DNA of 64,000 nt, from positions 3,040,001-3,104,000 of the forward strand of contig OZ253555.1 in the NCBI GenBank assembly GCA_965262725.1, in the 5' to 3' direction. The notes below the pieces were generated by a model. It did no database searches and was not told where the DNA came from. It worked only from the letters and a program-made list of their open reading frames with translations. Of the stretch, positions 29,483-39,527 are shown piece by piece. Each line of letters starts with the position of its first letter. Position 1 is the first letter of the stretch. The translations under genes and the position numbers were made by a program. The DNA is from Dehalococcoidia bacterium. Lineage in GTDB: Bacteria > Chloroflexota > Dehalococcoidia > UBA2979.

Positions 29483-32002
29483 GTGACCGCTCCCGCACGC
29501 GGCGAGCCCGGCGCCGGGCGACCGAGCCCCGCCCCCGGGGGCGCGCGCGCCGAGCGCTACGACCCCGCCTCCATAGAGCGCGGCTGGCGCGAGTGGTGGG
29601 ACGCCGAGGGGGTGAACAGCACCCCCGATCACGACCCGGAGCGCCCAAACCGCTACCACCTCACGATGTTCCCCTACACCTCCGGCGACCTGCACATCGG
29701 CCACTGGTTCGCGATGGCACCCTCCGATGCGCTGGCGCGCTTCCACCGCATGCGCGGGAGCAACGTGCTCTTCCCCATCGGCTTCGACGCCTTCGGACTC
29801 CCGGCCGAGAACGCCGCGATCCAGGGGGGAGCGCATCCCGCCGACTGGACGCGCGCCAACATCGAGCGAATGCGCGGGCAGCTGCGCTCGATGGGCGCGA
29901 TGTTCGACCTCAGCCGCGAGATCGCGACGAACGCCCCGGACTACTACCGCTGGACGCAGTGGTGGTTCCTGCTCCTCTACCGGCAGGGCCTCGCCTACCG
30001 GAAGGAGGCGCCGGCGAACTGGTGTCCCTCGTGCAACACAACGCTCGCCAACGAGCAGGTCGTGGACGGCCGCTGCGAGCGCTGCCACACCCTCGTCGAG
30101 CAGCGCCGGCTCGCGCAGTGGTTCCTGCGCATCACGCAGTACGCCGACGAGCTGCTCGAGAACGAGGAGCTGGACTGGCCCGAGCACGTCAAGCTGATGC
30201 AGCGCAACTGGATCGGCCGCTCGGAGGGAGCCGAGGCCGCCTTCCCCCTGGAGGGGGGCGGCGTCGCGAACGGAGCTGGCGAGATTCGCGTCTTCACGAC
30301 GCGACCGGACACGCTGTGCGGCGTCACCTTCATGGTGCTCGCGCCCGAGCACGAACTCGTCGAGCGGCTCACCCGCGAGGAGCAGAAGGGCTCCGTCGAC
30401 GCGTACGTGCGCCAAGCGGCTCACGCCACCGACATCGAGCGGCAGGCGACCGACCGTCCGAAGAGCGGCGTCTTCACCGGCTCCTACTGCCTGAACCCGC
30501 TCACCGGCGACCGCGTGCCGATCTGGATCGCCGACTACGCGCTCGCCTCCTACGGGACGGGCGCCGTGATGGGCGTACCGGCGCACGACCAGCGCGACTT
30601 CGAGTTCGCCGAGCAATTCGATCTCCCGATCCCGGTCGTCGTCGCGCCGCCCGGGTGGGACGGCGAGCCGCTCACGACCGCCTACGTCGAGCCGGGGACG
30701 ATGGTCGGCTCCGGCCGGTTCGACGGGATGCCTTCCGAGGAGGCGAAAGAAGCGATCGCCCGCCACCTCGAGGAGCACGGGCAGGGCGGGCCCACCGTTA
30801 CCTACCGGCTGCGCGACTGGCTGATCTCCCGGCAACGGTACTGGGGGGCGCCGATTCCGATCGTCTACTGCGAGCGCTGCGGCGAGCAGCCGGTGCGCGA
30901 TGACGCACTCCCGGTGGAGCTCCCCTATGACGTGGAGTTCCTGCCCACGGGGGAGTCGCCGCTCGGGCGCTCCGAGGAGTTCGTGAGTGCCACCTGCCCG
31001 GCGTGCGAGGGGGCGGCGCGGCGCGAGACCGACACGATGGACACCTTCATGTGCTCCTCGTGGTACTTCATGCGCTACTCCGATCCGCACAACTCCGAGC
31101 ACCCCGTCTCGCCGGAAGCCGCTGAGAGCTGGCTCCCGGTCGACCAGTACACCGGCGGCTCCGAGCACGCGACGATGCACCTCCTCTACGCGCGCTTCTT
31201 CTACAAGGCGGCGCGCGATGCGGGCCTGGTCCCGGGCGACGAGCCCTTCACGCGCTACTTCAGCCAGGGACAGATCCTCGGCCCCGACGGCCGGCGCATG
31301 TCGAAGTCACGCGGCAACGTCGTGGCGCCGGACACCCAGGTCGAGCGATGGGGGAGCGACGCCTTCCGCTGCTACCTGATGTTCCTCGGCCCGTGGGAGC
31401 AGGGCGGCCCGTACGACCCCGACGGGATCGTGGGGGTCGCGCGCTGGCTCAACCGCGTTTGGTCGGTCGCGACCGAGCCGGCCGACCTCGCCGACTCGGG
31501 GGACCCGGCCGCCGCGCGCTCCCTCCGGCAGGCGGCGCACCAGACGCTCGCGCGCGTGACGGGGGATCTGGAGCGACTGCGCTTCAACACGATGGTCGCC
31601 GCTCTCATGGAGTACACGAACGCGCTATGGCGCAGCCGCGAGTCCGGGGCCCAGGACCGCGGCGCCTGGGAGGAGGCCCAGGAACTCCTGGCGCTGATGC
31701 TCGCGCCGGCATGCCCGCACCTCGCCGAGGAGCTCTGGCACCGCGCCGGTCACGAGAGCTCCGTGCACAGGCAGCGGTGGCCCGAGGCCGACCCCGACCT
31801 CGTTCGCCGCGAGACGATAGAGCTCCCCGTCCAGGTCAACGGACGCGTCCGCGAGCGCCTGGAGATCTCCTCCGACGCCGACGAGGCGGCAGTACGCGAG
31901 GCAGCGCTCGGCTCCGAGCGCGTGCGCGCGCACCTCGCCGGGCGCGAGATAGTGCGGACGATCTACATCCCCGGCCGGATGCTCAACCTCGTCGCGAGGT
32001 AA
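29483..32002 (+). CDS. leuS: Leucyl-tRNA synthetase
   Basis: MFPYTSGDLHIGH, FTTRPDT, YGTGAVMGVPAHDQRD and RMSKS. Confidence 0.97.
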   Translation: MTAPARGEPGAGRPSPAPGGARAERYDPASIERGWREWWDAEGVNSTPDHDPERPNRYHLTMFPYTSGDLHIGHWFAMAPSDALARFHRMRGSNVLFPIGFDAFGLPAENAAIQGGAHPADWTRANIERMRGQLRSMGAMFDLSREIATNAPDYYRWTQWWFLLLYRQGLAYRKEAPANWCPSCNTTLANEQVVDGRCERCHTLVEQRRLAQWFLRITQYADELLENEELDWPEHVKLMQRNWIGRSEGAEAAFPLEGGGVANGAGEIRVFTTRPDTLCGVTFMVLAPEHELVERLTREEQKGSVDAYVRQAAHATDIERQATDRPKSGVFTGSYCLNPLTGDRVPIWIADYALASYGTGAVMGVPAHDQRDFEFAEQFDLPIPVVVAPPGWDGEPLTTAYVEPGTMVGSGRFDGMPSEEAKEAIARHLEEHGQGGPTVTYRLRDWLISRQRYWGAPIPIVYCERCGEQPVRDDALPVELPYDVEFLPTGESPLGRSEEFVSATCPACEGAARRETDTMDTFMCSSWYFMRYSDPHNSEHPVSPEAAESWLPVDQYTGGSEHATMHLLYARFFYKAARDAGLVPGDEPFTRYFSQGQILGPDGRRMSKSRGNVVAPDTQVERWGSDAFRCYLMFLGPWEQGGPYDPDGIVGVARWLNRVWSVATEPADLADSGDPAAARSLRQAAHQTLARVTGDLERLRFNTMVAALMEYTNALWRSRESGAQDRGAWEEAQELLALMLAPACPHLAEELWHRAGHESSVHRQRWPEADPDLVRRETIELPVQVNGRVRERLEISSDADEAAVREAALGSERVRAHLAGREIVRTIYIPGRMLNLVAR

Positions 32003-32031
32003 CGGAGCGACCCGACCACGCGTCTCCCCGG

Positions 32032-32763
32032 CTACGTCGCGGCGCCCTCATCCTCCGGATCGTCGGTCGGAGCCTCGGGGATTGGCTCGTCGTCGAGGGA
32101 GGGAAGCGAGAAGTCGTCGATCACGCCGGCCGGGGGCGCCGGAACGTGGGACTCGCCGGCCCCGGCCGTCTCCGGGCCATCCGCGTCGTCCAGCATCAAC
32201 GTCCCCACGCCCTGCAACCCCTGCACGGTGTCCCAAGGCGACGGCGCCGACCGAGGCGGCGCCGCCAGCTGCGCGATCCCCGATTCGACGGAGCTCACGA
32301 AGGCCTGCAGCTGGCGCTCCAGCCGCTGGAGCAGTTCGCGCGCGTAGTCGTCCGCCGCACGCATCTGCTGCTCGGCAAGCCGGCGCGATTCGTCGATACG
32401 CTCGCGGATCTCGGCGTTGGCGCTGGCGATGCGCTGCTCCAGGCGAGCCTCCCCGTCGCGCGCGAACTCCGCCGCGTGTTGCTCCGCCTGCTTCGTGACG
32501 GCATGATCGGAGACCAAGCGCTCCGCCTGCTCCTCCGCGCGCGCGATGATCAGCCGCGCCTCCTCCTCGGCCTCCCGCCGCAGCCGCTCGTGCTCGGCGA
32601 CGATCTGCTGCGCCTCGCGGATCTCCTGAGGTATCGCCACGCGCATCTGGTCGACAGTGTCCAGGAGCCGACGGCGATCCATCATCACGCGGCTGCCGAT
32701 CGGCATGCGCTGGGCGCCGCCGACGAGCTCCTCCAGACGATCGACGAGATGGAGTAGATCCAT
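32032..32763 (-). CDS. Conserved coiled-coil protein downstream of coaD
   Basis: MDLLHLVDRLEELV...IDQMRVAIP-type N-terminus and a long coiled coil; typical rsmD-coaD neighbour. Confidence 0.7.
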   Translation of the reverse strand: MDLLHLVDRLEELVGGAQRMPIGSRVMMDRRRLLDTVDQMRVAIPQEIREAQQIVAEHERLRREAEEEARLIIARAEEQAERLVSDHAVTKQAEQHAAEFARDGEARLEQRIASANAEIRERIDESRRLAEQQMRAADDYARELLQRLERQLQAFVSSVESGIAQLAAPPRSAPSPWDTVQGLQGVGTLMLDDADGPETAGAGESHVPAPPAGVIDDFSLPSLDDEPIPEAPTDDPEDEGAAT

Positions 32764-32851
32764 CGGCGCCCCCCCTCTACCGGCGACGACCGAGCCGGAT
32801 AGCGACCCCGACGGAACGGCGGCGATGCGAGGCGGCCCAGCGCATCCGCGA

Positions 32852-33346
32852 CTACGAACCCGACGGCGCCACGGTGCAGCCGAACCTCTCGCACAGGGCC
32901 ACCGCCACGCCAGGCGGCACGTGCTCCGAGACGTCGCGGCCGAACGCTGCCAGTTCGCGGATGCGGCTCGCGCTGATGAAGAGGTGCTGTACCGCCGTCA
33001 TCAGGTAGACCGACTCCACCCCGGGCGCCATCTCCCGGTTCATCAGCGCCATGTCGAACTCCGCCGTGAAATCGGTGACGGCGCGCAACCCGCGCACCAG
33101 GACGCGCGCCCCCTCCTCGCGCGCGGCCTCCACCGTGAGCCCCACGTGCGCGCGCACGCGGGTGTTCGGGATGTCAGCCACGGCGTCGGCGAACATCCCC
33201 ACGCGCTGCTCCGTGCTGAAGAGGCTGTTCTCGCTCGCGGCGACGGAAACGACGACCTCGTCGAAGAGGGCAGCCGCGCGGCGCACGATGTCGACGTGAC
33301 CGTTAGTCACGGGATCGAAGCGGCCAGGGTACATCGCGACGGTCAC
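32852..33346 (-). CDS. coaD: Phosphopantetheine adenylyltransferase
   Basis: Motifs YPGRFDPVTNGH, VRGLRAVTDF and ISAS. Confidence 0.95.
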   Translation of the reverse strand: MTVAMYPGRFDPVTNGHVDIVRRAAALFDEVVVSVAASENSLFSTEQRVGMFADAVADIPNTRVRAHVGLTVEAAREEGARVLVRGLRAVTDFTAEFDMALMNREMAPGVESVYLMTAVQHLFISASRIRELAAFGRDVSEHVPPGVAVALCERFGCTVAPSGS

Positions 33347-33360
33347 GGCGCCTCTCCTCT

Positions 33361-33939
33361 CTACGGGTGCGCGCCGGCGTCGGCGCCCTCACCGCCAGCC
33401 GTCCCCCGGTAGAGCGCCACCGCACCGTCTCCCTGCCGGCGGTCGCGCCAGAGCGGGAGTCCGGCGAGCATCGCCGGGGGTTCATGCCGCGCCGCGTGCT
33501 CGACGGCGAGCAGCGCGCCTTCTAGGAGCGCTCCCACCAACGTGCGCTCGATGGCGCCCCACGCGGCGGCATCATCATACGGCGGGTCGGCGAGTACTAG
33601 CGTGAGGCTGCGGTTCGGGCCGGCACGCCAGCGCCCCACGCGGCCGCGCACCACACGCCCGCGCCCCTCAAGCCCAACACGCCGGAGGTTCCCGCGCGCG
33701 GTCAGGCAGGCACGCGCGTCCTGCTCGACGAACGTGCAGTGCCCGGCGCCGCGCGAGAGCGCCTCGATGCCCAGCGCCCCGCTTCCGGCGTAGAGGTCCA
33801 ACGCCTCGCTCATGTCGACGGCGGCCGCGTCGAGCATCGCGAAGAGCGATTCGCGCAGCCGGTCCGAGGTGGGTCGCGTGCCGCGGCCGGGCGGCACCCG
33901 CAGCTCGCGCCCACGGGCCGTTCCCGCGATCACGCGCAC
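33361..33939 (-). CDS. rsmD: 16S rRNA m2G966 methyltransferase
   Basis: MRVIAGTARGR, TRPTSDR, LDLYAGSGALGIEALSRGA and DPPY. Confidence 0.93.
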   Translation of the reverse strand: MRVIAGTARGRELRVPPGRGTRPTSDRLRESLFAMLDAAAVDMSEALDLYAGSGALGIEALSRGAGHCTFVEQDARACLTARGNLRRVGLEGRGRVVRGRVGRWRAGPNRSLTLVLADPPYDDAAAWGAIERTLVGALLEGALLAVEHAARHEPPAMLAGLPLWRDRRQGDGAVALYRGTAGGEGADAGAHP

Positions 33940-33973
33940 GCGGTCTTCGCCGTGCTCGCCCCCGGACGGGCGC

Positions 33974-35959
33974 TCACTCGTTACCCGCGGGTCCCGGCGG
34001 TCCGGGCGGGATCGTCGCTTCGGGCGCCGGCTCGGGGGTCGCTTCCGGCGTCGGCTCCGGCGTCGCTTCCGGCGTCGCTTCCGGCGTCGGCTCCGGCGTC
34101 GCTTCCGGCGTCGGCTCCGGCGTCGCTTCCGGCGTCGGCTCCGGCGTCGCTTCCGGCGTCGGCTCCGGCGTCGCTTCCGGCGTCGCTTCCGGCGTCGCTT
34201 CCGGCGTCGCTTCCGGCGTCGCTTCCGGCGCAGATACCCGCATCAGCACTTGCTGCCCGACGAAGGCGACGCCGTCCGAGACCACGAGCGTCACCCCGTA
34301 GACGCCGGGCGCCTCCGGCGCGCGCCAAGTGACAGCTCCCGAGCCGTCGTCACCCTCGACGCTGCCGCCGGTCACGCGCCAGTTCGGATCGAGGTACGGG
34401 CCGTAGGGGAGGAGCAGCGTCGCCCTGCCCTCCTCCTGATACACCGCCAGGAGATCCCAGACGTCGGGCAGCGAATCGTCGGCCGAGGCGGGCTCGATGA
34501 CGGCGCCCGCGAGCCCGAAACGCTCCGCGAGCTCGAGCCGGAACGCGAGCGAGTAGCGGTTCTCGATCCACACCGTGCGCTCGCCGCCGCGACCGACAAA
34601 GCGAACGGCGACGGCGCGCGCCTGCTCGTCCCACGTGAGCCCCGTGCCACCGCGCGAGCGATCGAGGATCGCGGCGCGCACGGTCACGGCGCTCCCCGGC
34701 GCGATCGCGCCGCTCACCTGCGTCTCGATGGCGGTCGCCAGCGAGAGCGCCTCGAGCCGCGAGAGCGGCTCGAGCCCCTCGGGCGTCCGCAGCTGCGAAC
34801 GCCGGTCCACGACGAGCAGAACTCTCTCGATCGGGACGCCGTCCCGCCTGGCGGACTCGAGGGCCTGCTCGAGGCGATCGTAGTAGGCGCCCCGGTCGGC
34901 GGGCGCGTGCACCCACAGCCGCGAGGCGGCGCTCGCGAGCGCGCGCCAGTCGTAGGCGCCAGTGTCCGAGCCGAGCGGCATCGGCACGCTCACGGCAAGC
35001 TCGCGTCCCGAGTCCTCGAGCAACGAGCCGAGCCGCTGCACGAGGCCGGTGAAGGCGTCGCGGCGCGCCGGATCCACGGCGCGGTAGTCGAGGTGGACGC
35101 CGGCCGCGTCGGCGGCGTCGGCCACTGCGGCGATCTCCTGCGCGTGCACCTCGACGAGAGCGGCGTCGGCAAGCACGCGGTCAACGAGGGCCGAGAGCGG
35201 GCCGGCCGGGGCTTCGACGCCGACGTAAACGGCGTCACCCCTGCGCTCCGCGGCCGCCCGCGCGGCCGCGAGCGCCCCCGCCTCGAACTCAATCCCCCCG
35301 AGCGCCCCACCGGTCTCAGGCGTCTCGGGGGACGCGGCGCGTACACTGACCACGGAGCCGGCCGGCGCGCCGTCGTCCGGCTGCTCGCCGGGTCCGACGA
35401 CGAGCGCCAGCTCGCGCGCCAGCGACTCGCGCCTGAGCACCGCGATCGTCCCCGGGACGACCGGCACCTCCCCCAGGGCGGAGGAGCCGTCGCCGATGGG
35501 GATGGCGGAGCCGAGCCGCTCCCAGCTCCCGTCCCGCCAAGTGTAGAGCGCGAGATTGCGCGCGTCGGCGGTCGGCTCGCTCAGCTGGACGGTGAGCCGC
35601 GCCGCACCCGAGAAGGTCTCGGGATCGGCGACTTCGATGTCGTAGAGGGCGGAGAGCGCGATGAGGCCCTCCGGCAGCTCCGGCAGCTCCTCGCGCGGCC
35701 GGATCGCGAACGCCTCGCTCTCCCCACCCCCCGTCCGCTCGAGGATGGAGACCGGGGGAAGCAGCAGGATAGCGATGACGGCCGCGAGGCCAACCACGAT
35801 CGCGGCGACGCGCAGCATCTGCCCGTCGCCATCGCCGCCCTCGTCGTCGGAGCCGTCCCCGTACCCGTAGGGGGGCTTGCCGTCCTCCTCCTCGTCGCCG
35901 AAGAGGACCGGCGCGAAACGCGGCGGCTCGGAGAAGTAGTCGCGCTCGCGATCATCCAT
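33974..35959 (-). CDS. Membrane-anchored GH18-like protein with an Ig/PKD-like domain and PEAT repeats
   Basis: N-terminal TM; GVHLDY and GAYDW motifs; TVWIEN..SL..RL; VTWRAP..GVY.VTLVVSDG. Confidence 0.65.
   Translation of the reverse strand: MDDRERDYFSEPPRFAPVLFGDEEEDGKPPYGYGDGSDDEGGDGDGQMLRVAAIVVGLAAVIAILLLPPVSILERTGGGESEAFAIRPREELPELPEGLIALSALYDIEVADPETFSGAARLTVQLSEPTADARNLALYTWRDGSWERLGSAIPIGDGSSALGEVPVVPGTIAVLRRESLARELALVVGPGEQPDDGAPAGSVVSVRAASPETPETGGALGGIEFEAGALAAARAAAERRGDAVYVGVEAPAGPLSALVDRVLADAALVEVHAQEIAAVADAADAAGVHLDYRAVDPARRDAFTGLVQRLGSLLEDSGRELAVSVPMPLGSDTGAYDWRALASAASRLWVHAPADRGAYYDRLEQALESARRDGVPIERVLLVVDRRSQLRTPEGLEPLSRLEALSLATAIETQVSGAIAPGSAVTVRAAILDRSRGGTGLTWDEQARAVAVRFVGRGGERTVWIENRYSLAFRLELAERFGLAGAVIEPASADDSLPDVWDLLAVYQEEGRATLLLPYGPYLDPNWRVTGGSVEGDDGSGAVTWRAPEAPGVYGVTLVVSDGVAFVGQQVLMRVSAPEATPEATPEATPEATPEATPEPTPEATPEPTPEATPEPTPEATPEPTPEATPEATPEPTPEATPEPAPEATIPPGPPGPAGNE
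34013..34228. repeat. 12-bp tandem repeat, ~18 units (PEAT/PEPT)
   Basis: CGTCGCTTCCGG and CGTCGGCTCCGG units in tandem. Confidence 0.95.
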
Positions 35960-36022
35960 CGGGCATCTCCTCGGGCGGGGAGCAGGAGGCTCCCGACTGC
36001 CGCGGGTCGGTTCTGAGTCCGC

Positions 36023-37192
36023 TCATACCAGGGGCACCGCCACAACGATCTCACGCTCGTCGCGAACGATCAGCAACTCGGCGATTCCGGAGACGGAGAG
36101 CGCCTTCAGAAGGTTGACAAGCGGTGTGCCGGAGTCGACGGGGCGTCCGTTCACCCCGACGACGATGTCGCCGGGCAGGAGCCCAGCCCCCTCCGCCGGG
36201 CTCCCGGGCTCGACCGCTGTGAGCAGTGCGCCCGACTCAACGGGGAGTGCCAGCTCCTCGGCGAGGCTCTCCGTCACCTCCACGTGGTGGCGGCCGGGCT
36301 GCTCGATGCCGGGCCGCGGGCGCGGGTACGCGCCCGTCTCGATGATCGCCTCGACCTGCGGGCCGAGGGAGTCCATCGACTGGGCGAATGCGACACCCTC
36401 CATCGCCCGGCCGGACGGGTCGAGCCTCACCACCGTGGTGAGCAGGCCCACGACGGAGCCGGCCGCGGTGACGAGCGCGCCACCGGAGTCGCCGTGGTTG
36501 ACGGAGGCGTCGGTCTGCACGAGGTCCTCGAGCACGACGCCGACGCGCGGCCAGCGGATGCCGGTGGCCGAGATCACGCCCGTCGTCACCTTGTTCGCCA
36601 CGCCTATCAGCCCGCCCGAGATCGCCGCGACCGGCTCGCCCGGCCGCGCAATCCGCGCCGAGCCCAAGGAGGCGCGCCTGAGGCCCCCGGGGGGGATCTT
36701 CAGCACCGCCATGTCAGTGTAGGGCGAATCCGAGCCGACCAGTATCGCCTCCCGGCGCTCGCCGGTGGTGAGCACGACGAAGAGCTGCTCGGCCTCCTCC
36801 ACGGTGTGGAAGGTGGTGAGGACGTGGCCGGCCTCGGTCACGACCACGCCGGAGCCGATGTTGTTCCGCCCGACCGTGCGCCCCTCTTCGTCGAGTCGGT
36901 CGGGAAGCTGGGCGACGACAGTGACGACGGTGGGCATGACGCGCGCGATCGCCGTCGCGAGCGGGTCGGGCGGCACGTTGGGCTGAGGCGTGGTCGTCGC
37001 CGGGGTGGAGGTGGCGACTGCGGGCGGCGGCTCCGCCTGGTCGCTCTCCCCGATCAGGAGCAGCGCGCCCACCCCGCCGGTGGCTCCGGCGACGACGCCG
37101 ACCGCGAGGGCGAGGGCCAGCAGCAGCGGCCACGTCGGAGCGAAGCCCGAAGGGCGCCTGTCGCCGGGCGCGGCGGGGGCCGAGTCGTCCAT
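36023..37192 (-). CDS. HtrA/DegP-family serine protease with PDZ domain
   Basis: GSGVV, LTTFH, DMAVL and QTDASVNHGDSGGAL; C-terminal PDZ. Confidence 0.9.
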   Translation of the reverse strand: MDDSAPAAPGDRRPSGFAPTWPLLLALALAVGVVAGATGGVGALLLIGESDQAEPPPAVATSTPATTTPQPNVPPDPLATAIARVMPTVVTVVAQLPDRLDEEGRTVGRNNIGSGVVVTEAGHVLTTFHTVEEAEQLFVVLTTGERREAILVGSDSPYTDMAVLKIPPGGLRRASLGSARIARPGEPVAAISGGLIGVANKVTTGVISATGIRWPRVGVVLEDLVQTDASVNHGDSGGALVTAAGSVVGLLTTVVRLDPSGRAMEGVAFAQSMDSLGPQVEAIIETGAYPRPRPGIEQPGRHHVEVTESLAEELALPVESGALLTAVEPGSPAEGAGLLPGDIVVGVNGRPVDSGTPLVNLLKALSVSGIAELLIVRDEREIVVAVPLV

Positions 37193-37323
37193 CGGGTCAG
37201 CCGTGGGGGAAGCTCGAGGCGCTCCCCCCGCCTCCCTCCGGTCCGCGTCCCCGCGCGGCCTCAGTCTATCATCTGCCGGCGGCCGGACACCGCGCGCCGT
37301 CGGGGCCCCGGGATGAACGGTAC

Positions 37324-37353
37324 TTTACGGCGCGAGCACGCCGACGGTACGAT
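37324..37353 (+). promoter_or_regulatory. Sigma70-like promoter
   Basis: TTTACG-N18-TACGAT. Confidence 0.45.
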
Positions 37354-37411
37354 CGTGACGAGACGGTGCGACACACGCGGACTGGCCGCCGGGCGAGTCC
37401 CTTTCTTTGTG

Positions 37412-37573
37412 ATGCGGCCACCTCGTTCCCCTGGAGCTGGGCCCCAGATATCCCATCAAGATTCGTAGGCCCGGGAAGCTGACGGTACTGCGTCGGGCCT
37501 GAGCGGCCCGGTGGAGGCCACCCGGGACGCAGATGTACCGTCGGCCGCGCCGATCCGGCCGCCAGAGCCGCAT
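37412..37573 (+). ncRNA. Candidate structured ncRNA (6S-like rod)
   Basis: Closing stem ATGCGGC/GCCGCAT, an internal A-rich bubble, and apical stem GCTGACGGTAC-TGCGTC/GACGCA-GTACCGTCGGC. Confidence 0.35.
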
Positions 37574-37578
37574 TTCTG

Positions 37579-37607
37579 ACGCCGATCACGCCCCCAGATC
37601 GGCGTTT
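37579..37607 (+). terminator. Hairpin followed by TTT (putative terminator)
   Basis: 9-bp stem ACGCCGATC/GATCGGCGT. Confidence 0.4.
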
Positions 37608-39295
37608 CCGAGCGTCTCACAGTCCCGGTGAGGCCGCAGCGAGCGCGGTGAAGAGAGAGGTACCTCGCTGGCGCCTTGATCGCTCAAGGCTGGAGAGTGT
37701 CTGTACGAAAAGAAAACTCACCAGCGAGGTGCAGACAGCATGACACGTCAGCGGCTCCCGATCGAGTTCGGCGCCGACACCAACTCCACCGCCCTTACCG
37801 CCAGCTCCGGCCTCGTGCTCCCGCTCCAGTTCATTCAGCGTGCCGGCCTTCTCGACGCCGTCGAACGATTCGTCCCCGATGACTCCACCCAGGGCTGGAC
37901 CGCGTCGGAGATGGTGGAGGCCGTGCTCCTGCTCAACATCGCCGGCGGAGAGTCGCTCTCCGATATCGACCACCTGCAGGGCGACCCCGGGCTCGCGCGC
38001 GCCATCGACGAGGTCTCGGGGCGGGGCCTGAATCGGCGCATGCGGCGCTTGTTCGCCCGGACGGCGGTGCGGAAGCGCTGGCGCTGCCGGCGCACACGGA
38101 GCGTGCCCTCGGGCTCGGCGCTCTCCCGCTGGATCCGCCGCCAGCACGACGAGGAGCAGGAGCGCCTGCGCACCACGGGACCGCCCGCCTTCATCCCGGA
38201 GCCGTCCCCGACCGTGCGCGGTCTGGAGCGCGTCAACGCCGACCTGCTCGCATTCCTGAACACGCACCGGCCGCAGTCCTCCGCGACGCTCGACATGGAC
38301 GCGACGCTGATTGTGACCCAGAAGCGCGAAGCGCTCTACGCCTACACGAAGGAGAAGGCGTACCAGCCGCACACCGTGTACTGGGCGGAGCAGGACACGG
38401 TCGTGCTCTCCGAGTACCGCGACGGCAACGTCCCCGCCGGTCACCAGCAGCTGCGCGTGCTCGAGGAATCGCTGGAGCTGCTCCCTTCTGGCGTGGAGCG
38501 AGTGTCGATGCGCTCGGACACGGCGGGGTACCAGCGGGAGCTGCTCCGCTATATGGCGGAGGGCCGCTCCCGATTCGGCGTCATCGAGTTCGTAGTGGGC
38601 GTGGACCGCACGACCGAGTTCCGTCGGGCCGTAGAGGCGATGCCGGAGAGCGAGTGGAAGCCGCTTTCCCGCACTTCCGACGGGACGGTCATCGAGGAGT
38701 ACGCCGAGGTCGTCTACGTGCCGAACTGGGCCGGCTACAGCGCGAACGCCCCGGACTACCGGTTCGTGGCGACGCGGGAGCCGCTGCGGCAGCAGGTGCT
38801 CCCGGGGATGGAGGAGCAACTGAATCTGGGCATGCCGCTGCTGCGGGGCCGAGCGGGACGTGTCTACCGGTTCTCGGGAGTGGTGACGAACCGCCACGAG
38901 CCAGCGGGCGATGAGGTCATCGCCTGGTACCGGGCGCGGGCGGGGAAGGGCGAAGAGGTCCACGGCGTGATGAAGACGGACCTGGCGGGCGGCAGGCTCC
39001 CGTCGGGGCTGTTCGGAGCGAACGCGGTGTGGTGGGCGCTGACGATGCTGGCGTTCAACGTGATGTCGGTGATCAAGCAGTTGCTGCTGGACACGGGGTG
39101 GGTGAGCAAGCGGATGAAGGCCGTGCGTTTCGCCCTGCTGCAGATCCCGGGGCGCCTGGTGCGGCACGCGCGGAAGCTGACGCTTCGCCTGCCGGAGGGC
39201 CACCCGGGCACGACGCATCTCTTCCGGGCGCAGCGGCGACTGCTGGCGCTGCGCGCTCCGCCCCCGATATAGCCGCTGCTCAGTGCGATTCTCGT
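37608..39295 (+). mobile_element. IS1380 family insertion sequence (ends approximate)
   Basis: Transposase flanked by imperfect inverted repeats CCGAGCGTCTCAC / GTGCGATTCTCGT. Confidence 0.75.
37740..39272 (+). CDS. IS1380 family DDE transposase
   Basis: TLDMDAT, RDGNVPA, RSDTAGY and GKGEEVHGVMKTDLAGGRLPSGLFGANAVWW. Confidence 0.88.
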   Translation: MTRQRLPIEFGADTNSTALTASSGLVLPLQFIQRAGLLDAVERFVPDDSTQGWTASEMVEAVLLLNIAGGESLSDIDHLQGDPGLARAIDEVSGRGLNRRMRRLFARTAVRKRWRCRRTRSVPSGSALSRWIRRQHDEEQERLRTTGPPAFIPEPSPTVRGLERVNADLLAFLNTHRPQSSATLDMDATLIVTQKREALYAYTKEKAYQPHTVYWAEQDTVVLSEYRDGNVPAGHQQLRVLEESLELLPSGVERVSMRSDTAGYQRELLRYMAEGRSRFGVIEFVVGVDRTTEFRRAVEAMPESEWKPLSRTSDGTVIEEYAEVVYVPNWAGYSANAPDYRFVATREPLRQQVLPGMEEQLNLGMPLLRGRAGRVYRFSGVVTNRHEPAGDEVIAWYRARAGKGEEVHGVMKTDLAGGRLPSGLFGANAVWWALTMLAFNVMSVIKQLLLDTGWVSKRMKAVRFALLQIPGRLVRHARKLTLRLPEGHPGTTHLFRAQRRLLALRAPPPI

Positions 39296-39527
39296 TGTAT
39301 GACCCGGCCGCTGCATGCCCGGGTGGTGTCAAATGGGGCCCGCGCCGGCGAGTCGGAGTCCCTGCGCCGCAGCTTCCGGTGCTCGGGAGGCGCTCGGAGC
39401 GGCCTCGCGACCCCGCCAATCCGCGACACGACGCCGATCAGCGTTCCGTGACCGCCTCTCGAGCGCCTCGCCAGCCACAGATGGGAAGTTTGGGTGGGCC
39501 GTGCCCGCTTGCACATCGGGGGTTCCT

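Noticed and set aside
34013-34228. Possible CRISPR array
   Set aside because: These are 12-bp tandem units without spacers, in frame within a CDS, and no cas genes are present.
33812-36016. 734-aa Arg-rich ORF (RRRF repeats)
   Set aside because: Antisense reading of the PEAT repeat gene.
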